A stretch of DNA of 43,248 bases, from UHGV virus genome UHGV-0191121. The stretch is one strand, 5' to 3'. The notes beneath the pieces were generated by a model. That model was not told the origin of the DNA. It ran no database searches and saw only the letters and a program-made list of their open reading frames with translations. Positions 1-8,649 of the stretch are shown here, piece after piece. The position numbers and the translations under genes are program-made. This DNA comes from a virus. Positions within the stretch are counted from its first letter, which is position 1. Each line of letters starts with the position of its first letter.

Positions 1-6
1 ATTAGT

Positions 7-276
7 ATGAAAACAGATGTAGGTTCAATCGTAAGAACAATAGTATTTATCTTAGCTTGGGTTAACCAATTTTTAGCTACTAAACACATTTCGCCTATTC
101 CAGTAGATGAAGTGACTATCAGCTCTATCATCACTGGCGCAGTGTCTTTATGGACTTGGTGGAAAAATAACAACTTCTCTCACGCAGCACAAAAAGGGCA
201 ACAAAAATTACATGAAGTTAAAGCTGGAACAAATTCTACAGGTGGTGCGCCTCAAACGAACGGAGATGATTTCTAA
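7..276 (+). CDS. Phage holin (two TM segments, Phage_holin_1-like)
   Basis: 89 aa with two hydrophobic helices ([17 protein letters not shown]; [15 protein letters not shown]) and a charged C-tail. Sits immediately upstream of and overlapping the endolysin start. Its RBS AAGGAGAT lies at the extreme 3' end of the window (43240-43247). Confidence 0.7.
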   Translation: MKTDVGSIVRTIVFILAWVNQFLATKHISPIPVDEVTISSIITGAVSLWTWWKNNNFSHAAQKGQQKLHEVKAGTNSTGGAPQTNGDDF

Positions 277-1691
277 TGGTATCTGTTAGAACATATAAAC
301 AATCAATTGCATATTTAAAAAGTTTAGAGGGCAAAGCATTAAACCCTGACGGTGCTTATGGTTTTCAATGTTTCGACGTAGCTAACCAATATTGGCTTTA
401 TTTATTCGGTCATACTTTAAAAGGTGTGGGTGCTGCAGACATTCCGACATGGAACAATTTTACAGGAGAAGCTACTGTTTATGAGAATACACTATCATTT
501 TTAGCTAAGCCTGGAGACGTCGTGATATTCAATAGAAATTATGGTGAGGGTTACGGTCATGTTGGTATCGTCATTTCTGCTACTTCTAATTCTATAACGA
601 TACTTGAGCAAAATTGGCTTGGGGGTGCTTATTGGACACCTCCTGAAGTTACTACAAGACGTACACATGGTTATGACTTTCCTATGTGGTTTATTAGACC
701 GTTCTACGCTAAAGAAACGACTAAGAACAAAGTTAAAAGCAAAACTAAACCTGTTAAGAAAGCGAAAGCTAAAAAAGGTAAGAAAATCTTACTTGTTGCA
801 GGTCATGGTAAAGGCGCTTATTCAAATGATCCAGGTGCCGTAGCAAACGGATATAATGAACGTGACTTCAATAGAAAAGAAATCATACCTAGAATAAAGA
901 AATATCTTGAAAGTGTAGGAAATACAGTTGTGTTATATGGTGGTAAATCAATGAACCAAGATTTATATCAAGATACGCTATATGGACAACGTGTAGGTAA
1001 TTATTCTGACTATGGTTTATATTGGGTTAAAAAGAATGTTAAGCCTGATGTCATTGTAGAATTCCATTTAGACGCTGCAAGTCCTCAAGCAAGTGGAGGG
1101 CACGTTATTGTTAGCGATAGATACCCTGCTGATGATATCGACAAAGCGTTATCCAGTGTATTAGGTAAGACGGTTGGCAAAATAAGAGGTGTGACACCTA
1201 GAAACGATCTATTAAATGCTAACGTAACAGGACAACTCAATCTCAATTACAGATTGGTTGAGTTAGGATTTATCACTAATAAAAAAGACATGAACTATAT
1301 CAAGAAGAATTTAAATAGTTTCACTAAAAGAATTGCCGAAGCTATTAATGGCAGACAAATAAACGCGCCAAAAAGTAAACCTTCTAGCAAAAAGATAACT
1401 TGGAACTGGGGAGGTACTTTCTACCCTAACGCGCCCAAAGAAGGTGTCAGAGTTAGACGTTCGCCCGGTCTTAATGGAACAATCGTTGATACAGGATCAT
1501 GGTTATATACTAAAGACGACTGGGTTAAATTCGATCAAGTTATCAAGAAAGACGGTTACTGGTTTATTAGATTTAAATACCAAGCGCCGGGATCTAGTAA
1601 CAAACATTTCTATTGTGCAGTATGTAAAATCACTGATGAACAACAAAAGATTAAAAACGAAAGTTACTGGGGTAAAATAGAATGGAAATGA
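276..1691 (+). CDS. Endolysin: CHAP peptidase + N-acetylmuramoyl-L-alanine amidase + SH3b cell-wall binding domain
   Basis: N-terminal CHAP motifs ([12 protein letters not shown] ... GHVGIVI). Central amidase region (LLVAGHG...NDPGAV). C-terminal SH3_5-like ([27 protein letters not shown]). Classic Staphylococcus phage lysin architecture. Confidence 0.85.
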   Translation: MVSVRTYKQSIAYLKSLEGKALNPDGAYGFQCFDVANQYWLYLFGHTLKGVGAADIPTWNNFTGEATVYENTLSFLAKPGDVVIFNRNYGEGYGHVGIVISATSNSITILEQNWLGGAYWTPPEVTTRRTHGYDFPMWFIRPFYAKETTKNKVKSKTKPVKKAKAKKGKKILLVAGHGKGAYSNDPGAVANGYNERDFNRKEIIPRIKKYLESVGNTVVLYGGKSMNQDLYQDTLYGQRVGNYSDYGLYWVKKNVKPDVIVEFHLDAASPQASGGHVIVSDRYPADDIDKALSSVLGKTVGKIRGVTPRNDLLNANVTGQLNLNYRLVELGFITNKKDMNYIKKNLNSFTKRIAEAINGRQINAPKSKPSSKKITWNWGGTFYPNAPKEGVRVRRSPGLNGTIVDTGSWLYTKDDWVKFDQVIKKDGYWFIRFKYQAPGSSNKHFYCAVCKITDEQQKIKNESYWGKIEWK

Positions 1692-1720
1692 TATGATTAA
1701 ATTACCACGTCATTATACAA

Positions 1721-1752
1721 GGGTAGTCGCTATGGCTACCCTATTTTTTATT
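1721..1752 (+). terminator. Intrinsic terminator after endolysin (GGGTAG/CTACCC stem + T-run)
   Basis: gggtagtcgctatggctaccc hairpin followed by tattttttatt. Confidence 0.6.
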
Positions 1753-1796
1753 GTATAATAATCTTTGTCCCTAATTTCAAACTAATACTATATTCT

Positions 1797-1828
1797 AAAC
1801 CACGTTCTTATGAGCGTGGTTTTTTGTG
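1797..1828 (+). terminator. Second intrinsic terminator (aaaccacg...cgtggtttttt)
   Basis: 8-bp stem aaaccacg/cgtggttt with a 10-nt loop, then TTTTTT. Confidence 0.6.
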
Positions 1829-2009
1829 TACACGTGTCAAATACGTGTCAAAATAGTTATAATCTTTTAGTTCTATTTAGAAAATAAATCTTTGAAAACA
1901 CTGTACTTATGGCTATTTAGTTTTATTTAGAAATTTATTTTTATCCCTCCGTTTCCGTACTATACCGTTGATATGACGGGATTTCGAGAGAGTAAGTGTC
2001 AAATAAGTG

Positions 2010-3059
2010 TCAAGAGAATATTTCTCTAACACGTTGGCCTTGCTCTTTTTTATGTTCTTCTAATAAATGTGAATACGTGTCTAACGTTTGTGATATAGTA
2101 GCGTGACCTAAACGTTTACTTATATACTCGATTGGTATGCCTTTAGATAGTAAGTAAGATGTGTGCGTATGTCTGAGTGAATAGGGAGTTATATTATTAT
2201 CGTTTAATCCTATCACTTCTTTAGCTTTTCTAAATGCTTTACTTACTGATGTATGACTAACCGAGAATAACTTGCCATCAATTCTACGCGGCATTTTAGC
2301 TAATTTTGAATTTATGTGCATGATATCTTTTGAATTAACTTCTACATCACGTTTTGAATTCTTTGTTTTCGTTCCAGGCAAATGAATTATGCCATTCGCT
2401 TTGTTTAGATCTTTGTAAGTCATATTGATGACATCGCTATATCTTGCGCCAGTAATGCCTAATAGATATAGCAAAACATAACTTTCTTCATCTCTTTTCT
2501 TGAAATAATCTAGCAAGTTTAAATAGTCTTTTATCGTAATAAACTTAAATTTCTCATCTTTAGCTTTTTCAGTCCCTTTGATATTTACATTATAAGTAGG
2601 GTCTTTCTTCAAATAGCCATCGTATAACGCGTCTCTAATACATCTAGCAAGACAACCGTGAACTTTTCTTACTGTTTCATCAGTGTGACCTTGTGCGTAT
2701 TGATTTAAAAACTTTTGATACTCACTACGTGTGATATTTTTAACTAACATATTTTCTCCGAAATACTCACTGAATAATTTAATCGATCTTTCATACCAGT
2801 AGAATTGTTTGCTAGATAACTGTTTCTTGTTCTTAATTTTTATCCAGTCATCGTAGTAGTCAATGAATTTTTTATTATCTTCAATGTTGTTGCCATCTTC
2901 TAAATCTCTAATTAATTGTTGTGCTGCGTTTGTAGCCTCAGCTTTTGTTTTAAATCCAGATTTACGTTTTTTGCCAGATTTCAAACTAGGGTGTTTAACA
3001 TCGTATTGCCATGATGAGCTTGTCTTATTTTTGCGTTTTGTTACTGTAAATGTTGCCAT
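2010..3059 (-). CDS. int: Tyrosine-type site-specific integrase
   Basis: 349 aa. The C-terminal catalytic region carries R...HxxR...Y (LRHTHTSYLL...LGHATISQTLDTYSHL). N-terminal SAM-like/arm-binding region. Adjacent to attP. Confidence 0.9.
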   Translation of the reverse strand: MATFTVTKRKNKTSSSWQYDVKHPSLKSGKKRKSGFKTKAEATNAAQQLIRDLEDGNNIEDNKKFIDYYDDWIKIKNKKQLSSKQFYWYERSIKLFSEYFGENMLVKNITRSEYQKFLNQYAQGHTDETVRKVHGCLARCIRDALYDGYLKKDPTYNVNIKGTEKAKDEKFKFITIKDYLNLLDYFKKRDEESYVLLYLLGITGARYSDVINMTYKDLNKANGIIHLPGTKTKNSKRDVEVNSKDIMHINSKLAKMPRRIDGKLFSVSHTSVSKAFRKAKEVIGLNDNNITPYSLRHTHTSYLLSKGIPIEYISKRLGHATISQTLDTYSHLLEEHKKEQGQRVREIFS

Positions 3060-3093
3060 TTTCCGTGTTCCTCCTTAAAAAAAGTAAAAAATA

Positions 3094-3116
3094 ATAAGGG
3101 TAGGCGAGCTACCCAT
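3094..3116 (-). terminator. Minus-strand terminator downstream of the lipoprotein gene (GGGTAG...CTACCC hairpin + T-run)
   Basis: Minus strand reads gggtagctcgcctaccc then ttattattttttac. The stem sequence is nearly identical to the hairpin at 1721-1741. Confidence 0.5.
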
Positions 3117-3122
3117 GAAATA

Positions 3123-4112
3123 TTATATTTTTCCGTCCCACGCCTCATTTGCCACTCCATTTGTAGTTGAACGTGGCAATGGTTCGTTAAAACTTCTACG
3201 ATCTACACGTTGATTTTGATTATTTTGCGGTACTTCCTCCATTTGTGACTCATTGTGAGTAGTTGTTTTCGTTCTATTCCATTCGTCAATTTCTGATTGG
3301 GTCATGTAACCATTATTATTTTGTGTTTGTTGGTTGTTATTAGCTTGTTGCTGATTGTTGTTTTGTTGTGTTGCTTGAGTTTGTTTACCTTGTATACGTT
3401 CATTATTACCATTATTGTCTTGTGATTTGCCATTATCATTTTTAGATGTGCTTTCTGATTCGTTATTCGCAACATCTTTATTGCCTTCTTTTGAACTACT
3501 AGCAGAATCGTTTGTAATATCATCTGCTGCAGAATAATCTACGGTCTTTAGTTTACTAATATTTATTTTCTTGGTACCCAGTTTTTTACCCTCTGTGCCT
3601 TTAGTAGCTTTAAGTGTCACTTGCTTATCATTTTCTAATTCATAAGTAATAATACCTTTAGCAGTTTTACCTTTCTTAATTACATCATTGTTGTGTTTGT
3701 CCCATTCTTCGAATTTACCAGTATTAGGCGTTGGACCAACTTCAAGTTTACTTTCAGTATTTTCACTATCTTGTGTAGTCTCCATCGACGCTATCCAAAC
3801 ATTCATTGGTGTGATTTGTTCGTCCCCGTCTTTACTTTTAACTTCGTATTTAAAAGCTAATAGTTTCTTGCCATTATCCGAATCCTTATCATTAACTAAA
3901 AATGTATCTTTTATTTTTAAAACAGCTTGATCAAGGACTAAAGTATCATTAGTGAATTGTACTTTGTTTTCATCAACGGACGTCGACTTTTTTGAATCGT
4001 TATTGTTGTTGCTACATGCCGCTAAAACTAAGAAACAAGATAATAAAATAAATAAGACTTTTTTCATTTTACATTTCTCCTCTGAATAAATATTTATATT
4101 AAAGCGCCACAA
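3123..4112 (-). CDS. Secreted lipoprotein (moron) with Asn/Gln-rich C-terminal tail
   Basis: Signal peptide plus lipobox MKKVLFILLSCFLVLAAC. A ~190-aa beta-rich domain, then a ~100-aa N/Q-rich low-complexity tail. Co-oriented and contiguous with the cI gene (10 bp gap), so likely expressed in the lysogen. Confidence 0.75.
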   Translation of the reverse strand: MWRFNINIYSEEKCKMKKVLFILLSCFLVLAACSNNNNDSKKSTSVDENKVQFTNDTLVLDQAVLKIKDTFLVNDKDSDNGKKLLAFKYEVKSKDGDEQITPMNVWIASMETTQDSENTESKLEVGPTPNTGKFEEWDKHNNDVIKKGKTAKGIITYELENDKQVTLKATKGTEGKKLGTKKINISKLKTVDYSAADDITNDSASSSKEGNKDVANNESESTSKNDNGKSQDNNGNNERIQGKQTQATQQNNNQQQANNNQQTQNNNGYMTQSEIDEWNRTKTTTHNESQMEEVPQNNQNQRVDRRSFNEPLPRSTTNGVANEAWDGKI

Positions 4113-4122
4113 AGGACGCTTA

Positions 4123-4734
4123 TTAAAACAGTTTTTGACTTGCTACAACTCTACCAATTATTTTAACTTCGTCATCTTCTCCGTAAACTTGAGGTAAATG
4201 TTCTGGGTTGTTTGATTCTGGAATTAAGATAATTTGATTCTTGTTATATCTAACTCGTTTAACAGTAGCGTTATAACCATTAACCATAACGACGCCCAAC
4301 TGACCATTTTCTACTATAGAATCTTTTTCGACTACAACTACATCGTTTTCTTGGAAAATTTTATCCATGCTATCGCCAGACACTCTCAAACCAAATTCTT
4401 CTTTGTCAGAATTAAGATTTTTAGTAGCGAAGTATATGTAATCAACTAAATTTTCTTCACTATAGATAGGTAAGCCTGCAGATATTTTTGAAACAACTGG
4501 AATCTTTTTGACTGGTAGGGTTTCTAGTTGAGGTTGCTCGATATCCATAATTTCCTCTGGTTTAATATTTAACCCTTTACAAATTTTGATGACATTTTCT
4601 ACCTTAGCATTAAATACTCCTCTTTCTAAAATAGATCTAACAGTTGTATAAGCTAAACCAATTTCTTTTGAAAAAGCTTTTATACTCCCAGATTTCAATT
4701 CCATAAGTCGTTTTAAATCTTTTTCTTTAGTCAT
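4123..4734 (-). CDS. cI: CI-like prophage repressor (HTH_XRE + S24 LexA-like autopeptidase)
   Basis: N-terminal HTH (IKAFSKEIGLAYTTVRSILERG). C-terminal S24 motifs GDSM (Ser) and TVKRV (Lys). Divergent from cro. Confidence 0.85.
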   Translation of the reverse strand: MTKEKDLKRLMELKSGSIKAFSKEIGLAYTTVRSILERGVFNAKVENVIKICKGLNIKPEEIMDIEQPQLETLPVKKIPVVSKISAGLPIYSEENLVDYIYFATKNLNSDKEEFGLRVSGDSMDKIFQENDVVVVEKDSIVENGQLGVVMVNGYNATVKRVRYNKNQIILIPESNNPEHLPQVYGEDDEVKIIGRVVASQKLF

Positions 4735-4930
4735 TTTCGTTTACCTCATTTCTAATTTGTACCTATATAATACCATGCGAAAAATCGTATATCAAGTAAA
4801 AATAAAAATAAAAAATGCGAATTTTAGTGTTGAATCAGTACGAAAATTCGTATACACTTTAGTTAAGCAATCGGAAAGGTTGCTAAAAATTATAATTTGG
4901 AATACGAAAATTCGTATTAGGAGGGGTACT
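4735..4930. promoter_or_regulatory. Divergent cI/cro promoter-operator region with three palindromic operators (TACGAAAATTCGTAT)
   Basis: tgcgaaaaatcgtatat (4775-4791), tacgaaaattcgtatac (4839-4855), tacgaaaattcgtatta (4903-4919). Each is an ACGAA-NN-TTCGT inverted repeat. The third overlaps the cro RBS. Confidence 0.6.
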
Positions 4931-5146
4931 ATGTTGAAGAATTTCAACGATATTAGAAAAGAGAAAAAAGTATCTCTGGTTGATTTAGCAGACTTATTAG
5001 AAGTCAGATACCAAACGGTAGCAGATAAGATAAATGGTGTTTCTGATTTTAAATTTGGAGAGGCATTACTTATTAAAAATGAATATTTTCCAGAGTATGA
5101 CATTGAATATCTTTTTGAAAAAGAAAAAGAACGACAAACAAATTAA
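4931..5146 (+). CDS. cro: Cro-like HTH regulator
   Basis: 71 aa. RBS AGGAGGGG 6 nt upstream. HTH segment VSLVDLADLLEVRYQTVADKING. Divergent from cI. Confidence 0.7.
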   Translation: MLKNFNDIRKEKKVSLVDLADLLEVRYQTVADKINGVSDFKFGEALLIKNEYFPEYDIEYLFEKEKERQTN

Positions 5147-5159
5147 AGGAGGAATTCAA

Positions 5160-5876
5160 ATGCAAGATTTACAAATTTTCAATTTTGAAGAATTACCAGT
5201 AAGGACGTTAACAGTAAATGAGGAACCATTTTTCGTCGGTAAAGATGTAGCGGAAATCTTGGGCTACTCAAACACGAGAGACGCATTATATAGACACGTT
5301 GACGGTGAAGATAAGGACGTCGTGAAACTCGACACCCTTGGTGGTAAACAAAGTCAAACTATTATCAACGAATCAGGATTATACAGCTTAATATTCTCAT
5401 CAAAATTAGAATCAGCTAAACGTTTCAAACGCTGGGTAACATCAGAAGTTTTACCTACATTAAGAAAAACTGGAACTTATCAAATACCTAATGATCCAAT
5501 GCAAGCATTAAAACTGATGTTTGAAGCAACGGAACAAACTAAAGAAGAAATTGCAACAGTGAAAGCAGATGTTATTGATATCAAAGAAAATCAAAAGCTA
5601 GATGCAGGAGAATACGGATTGATAACAAAAACAGTTCATCAACGCGTTGCTTATATCAGACAAATTCACGGACTACCTAATAATAAAGAAGTTAACAAAC
5701 CTTTATATAGAGATATTAACAGTAACGTAAATACGATGGCTGGTATTAAAACAAGAACACAATTAAAACAAAAACATTTCGATGACGTAATGAATATGAT
5801 CACAAATTGGTTTCCATCTCAATCAACAATGTATGTCATCAAACAATTAGAAATGGACTTTGAAAACGAAGTATAA
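5160..5876 (+). CDS. ant: Phage antirepressor (Bro-N/KilA-N N-terminal + ANT/KilAC C-terminal domain)
   Basis: N-terminal motif LQIFNFEELPVRTLTVNEEPFFVGKDVAEILGYSNTRDA is typical of Bro-N. RBS AAGGAGG. Sits downstream of cro. Confidence 0.8.
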   Translation: MQDLQIFNFEELPVRTLTVNEEPFFVGKDVAEILGYSNTRDALYRHVDGEDKDVVKLDTLGGKQSQTIINESGLYSLIFSSKLESAKRFKRWVTSEVLPTLRKTGTYQIPNDPMQALKLMFEATEQTKEEIATVKADVIDIKENQKLDAGEYGLITKTVHQRVAYIRQIHGLPNNKEVNKPLYRDINSNVNTMAGIKTRTQLKQKHFDDVMNMITNWFPSQSTMYVIKQLEMDFENEV

Positions 5877-5888
5877 GGAGTGATAGCA

Positions 5889-6098
5889 ATGGAATACATT
5901 GGATTTGCGGACGCTATCGAGTTTGTGAAAATAAGTGGAATTTCTAAAAACGATTTAGAAAAGCACGTTTATAGCAATAAAGAGTTCCAAGAGAAATGTA
6001 TGTACAGATTTGGCAAGAATCATAAACGCTACATCAAGATTAGACCGGCAATTGACTTTATAGAACAAAATTTAATGGTGCCAGAAACGGCACTTTAG
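5889..6098 (+). CDS. Small hypothetical protein; possible DNA-binding/excisionase-like (weak)
   Basis: 69 aa from the ATG with RBS AAGGAG 8 nt upstream. Basic C-terminal half. No other Xis candidate near int. Confidence 0.4.
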   Translation: MEYIGFADAIEFVKISGISKNDLEKHVYSNKEFQEKCMYRFGKNHKRYIKIRPAIDFIEQNLMVPETAL

Positions 6099-6163
6099 AG
6101 GAGGTTTACCGAAGAAAGAGGATATATCGAAAAACTTTTAGAAATGAAAGGAGAGGATGATAA

Positions 6164-6340
6164 ATGAAATATCTATTAAGCTACATGACGATGTTTATCG
6201 CAATGATTATCACATTACTTTTAGGAGGTGGTTTCTTTACGGTAATAGCATTTTCAATGTTAACCCTTATTTTCAGCAGTTTCTTCTGGGAGAAGTGGCT
6301 TGAGATAACAAAAAAGACTGAAACTTGCGCCAACAAGTAA
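6164..6340 (+). CDS. Small two-TM membrane protein (58 aa), not in the supplied ORF track
   Basis: RBS AAAGGAGAGG, ATG at 6164. MKYLLSYMTMFIAMIITLLLGGGFFTVIAFSMLTLIFSSFFWEKW...: two hydrophobic helices. Confidence 0.5.
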   Translation: MKYLLSYMTMFIAMIITLLLGGGFFTVIAFSMLTLIFSSFFWEKWLEITKKTETCANK

Positions 6341-6394
6341 CAGTCAAACACTAACTAAAATATACAACTTAAATATACAAGTGGAGGAGAGAAA

Positions 6395-6670
6395 ATGCAA
6401 GAGTTAATCACAGTCAAGATGACTAGAGAAGAATACTCTCAACTAATCAAGAGCCAAACAGATTTAGATTTCTTGCAAAGCGATTACGATTATTTAAACA
6501 AACGTTACGAAGATATGTGCGATAGATATTTTGAACTTAGAAAAGATTTCAGAAAAGCTATAGAATCATGCGAAACACAAAACGAAACAATCAAAGTCAT
6601 GGATAGAACAATAGATATATTGCGTAAAGGAGTGATTGGGATTGAAAGAAACAGTGACATATCTAATTAA
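6395..6670 (+). CDS. Hypothetical coiled-coil protein
   Basis: RBS GGAGGAG upstream. 91 aa, charged and helical. Confidence 0.5.
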   Translation: MQELITVKMTREEYSQLIKSQTDLDFLQSDYDYLNKRYEDMCDRYFELRKDFRKAIESCETQNETIKVMDRTIDILRKGVIGIERNSDISN

Positions 6671-6869
6671 ACTGAAAGACGCTCCTTTTGACTTGTATAT
6701 CACTAATAAACCTAGTGCGAACTTTCCTACAATCAAATATTCAACAAGTAGTGGAGATGCTAAAGATTTTGACGGTTTAGATAAAACTGTTATTGACATG
6801 ACAAAACACATAGCAATTAAAAAGACGGTAACTGAAACAACTAAATTTGAGGAGGTTGAGTATGACTGA
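6636..6869 (+). CDS. Hypothetical phage protein
   Basis: ORF with a non-ATG start overlapping the upstream gene. Start uncertain. Confidence 0.4.
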   Translation: MGLKETVTYLIKLKDAPFDLYITNKPSANFPTIKYSTSSGDAKDFDGLDKTVIDMTKHIAIKKTVTETTKFEEVEYD

Positions 6870-7533
6870 AGAACTTAATTTATACCAAAAAATAGCTGAC
6901 GTTAAAGCTAATATCGAAGGGTTTACGAAAGACACTAAAGGCTACAACTACAGTTACGTAAGTGGATCTCAAGTATTACACAGAATTAGAAACAAGATGA
7001 TTGAACATAATCTATTACTCGTACCAAAAACATCAGATGAAAACTACAAGCAAATCGAGGTTACTAGATTTAACAAAAAAGCGTCTCGAGAAGTTACAAC
7101 ATCAGAGTTTGTTGTTGAGATGAAATTAACTTATTTATGGATCAATGCAGATAAACCAGAAGAACAACTTGAAGTGAACTTTTATTCTGTAGGTCAACAA
7201 GATGATGTATCGAAAGCACATGGTACGGCATTAACGTACGCAGAACGTTATTTCTTAATGAAATTCTTCAATATCCCAACTGATGAAGATGACGCAGACG
7301 CAAAACAAAAGCAAGAAAAGTACAACAAAGTAAGTAGTCAAACAGTCGGCGTTCTAAAAGAAGAAATACTTAAATTTGTCGACTTGATGAAATCGTTAGG
7401 AAAAGAAGTATCTCAACAACAAGCAGAACAAACTTTTGGCATACAAAACTATTCGTCAATGTCAGAACAACAAGCAATCAATACAATCAACAAAATTCAA
7501 ACAATGGCTAAAAAATATACGGAGGCGAAATAA
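6862..7533 (+). CDS. ERF-family single-strand annealing protein (recombinase)
   Basis: N-terminal pattern LYQKIADVKANIEGFTKDTKGYNYSYVSGSQVLHRIRNKMIEHNLLL matches the ERF fold signature. Immediately precedes SSB. Confidence 0.65.
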   Translation: MTEELNLYQKIADVKANIEGFTKDTKGYNYSYVSGSQVLHRIRNKMIEHNLLLVPKTSDENYKQIEVTRFNKKASREVTTSEFVVEMKLTYLWINADKPEEQLEVNFYSVGQQDDVSKAHGTALTYAERYFLMKFFNIPTDEDDADAKQKQEKYNKVSSQTVGVLKEEILKFVDLMKSLGKEVSQQQAEQTFGIQNYSSMSEQQAINTINKIQTMAKKYTEAK

Positions 7534-7946
7534 TGACTAACTTAACAATTTTGACAGGACGTATCACTAAAGATTTAGAACTTAAACAAGCAGGACAAAC
7601 ACAAGTAACTAACTTCTCTATGGCAGTGGACAATCCATCCAAAAAAGATGACACATCATTCTTTGACATCGTAGCGTTTGGCAAAACTGCACAACTATTA
7701 AACGACTATTGCGGTAAGGGAAGCAAAGTTTTAATCGAAGGCAACTTGAAGCAAGACCGTTTCCAAGATAAAGAAGGACACAATCGTTCAGTAGTACGAG
7801 TAATTGCTAACAGAATTGAATTTTTAGATAGCAAAGGTAGTAATCAACAAAATAGTCAATTTCAACAACAAAGAAGACAAGCACCAGCAGGCAATAACCC
7901 GTTTGCTAACGGCACAGACATAGATAATTCAGAATTACCGTTCTGA
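7533..7946 (+). CDS. ssb: Single-stranded DNA-binding protein
   Basis: OB-fold motifs (LTGRITKDLELKQAGQ...; VVRVIANRIEFLDS). Gly/Gln-rich linker and acidic C-terminal tip DIDNSELPF. Confidence 0.9.
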   Translation: MTNLTILTGRITKDLELKQAGQTQVTNFSMAVDNPSKKDDTSFFDIVAFGKTAQLLNDYCGKGSKVLIEGNLKQDRFQDKEGHNRSVVRVIANRIEFLDSKGSNQQNSQFQQQRRQAPAGNNPFANGTDIDNSELPF

Positions 7947-7959
7947 TTGGACTGATTAG

Positions 7960-8649
7960 ATGGTAGTAATAAAAAACTACATTACAGAAGATGATGGCAC
8001 AACAACTGTAGTCATCAAGGGAGTAGAACTAGATAACAAAACATCTTTACTTTTAGACAATGGTTACGAAGTTGAAGTGGATGTAAGGGTAATTGATCCA
8101 TTCAAGATTACAGATAAGCAACGCAGAAAAGTGTTTGCTCTCTGTAACGACATAGAAGCATATACAGGCCAGCCCCGTGACTATATGAGGTATTTATTCA
8201 TGGATTATGTAGAAGTCCTCTACGGCTATGAAAAACGCCTCTCATTGAGCGACTGCACTAGAGAACAAGCTAAACAAGTTATAGAAGTTATTCTCGACTG
8301 GGTGTTTCACAACAATATACCACTTAATTATAAGACGAGTGACTTACTCAAAAATGATAAAGCGTTCCTTTACTGGTCAACAGTCAATCGTAACTGTGTT
8401 ATCTGTGGTAAACCACATTCCGACTTAGCACATAGATTTGCGGTAGGACGTGGCAGAGATAGAACGAAGATTAATCATTTCGGAAATCAAGTGTTAGCTC
8501 TATGTAGATCTCATCACAACGAACAGCACCAAATAGGAATGGACACATTCAATAACAAATATCACCTAACAGACAGTTGGGTGGATGTGGATGAACGACT
8601 AAACAAAATGCTGAAAGGAGCTAAAAATGAATTCGAGAGTAATAACTAA
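7960..8649 (+). CDS. HNH-motif (beta-beta-alpha-Me) protein, DUF968-like
   Basis: CVICGKPHSDLAH...INHFGNQVLALCRSHHNEQH: CxxC...H...N...LCxxHH pattern. Confidence 0.5.
   Translation: MVVIKNYITEDDGTTTVVIKGVELDNKTSLLLDNGYEVEVDVRVIDPFKITDKQRRKVFALCNDIEAYTGQPRDYMRYLFMDYVEVLYGYEKRLSLSDCTREQAKQVIEVILDWVFHNNIPLNYKTSDLLKNDKAFLYWSTVNRNCVICGKPHSDLAHRFAVGRGRDRTKINHFGNQVLALCRSHHNEQHQIGMDTFNNKYHLTDSWVDVDERLNKMLKGAKNEFESNN

Larger units (their letters stand above)
1692..2009. other. attP region between endolysin and integrase, with putative Int arm-type repeats (GTGTCAA x4)
   Basis: Non-coding, AT-rich. Two copies of a tandem element, cacGTGTCAAatacGTGTCAAaat (1831-1856) and agtaaGTGTCAAataaGTGTCAAgag (1991-2016). 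Also the imperfect repeats TATTTAGAAAATAAAT / TATTTAGAAATTTATTT (1874-1940). Position next to a tyrosine integrase gene. Confidence 0.5.

Noticed and set aside
604-843. Alternative-frame ORF within the endolysin gene
   Set aside because: It is fully contained in the CHAP-amidase coding frame. It is Lys/Leu-rich because it is an out-of-frame reading of an AAR-rich linker. It has no RBS.
3302-3930. Two ORFs overlapping the lipoprotein gene (both strands)
   Set aside because: They lie inside the N/Q-rich low-complexity coding region. Sequence is repetitive and there are no start signals.
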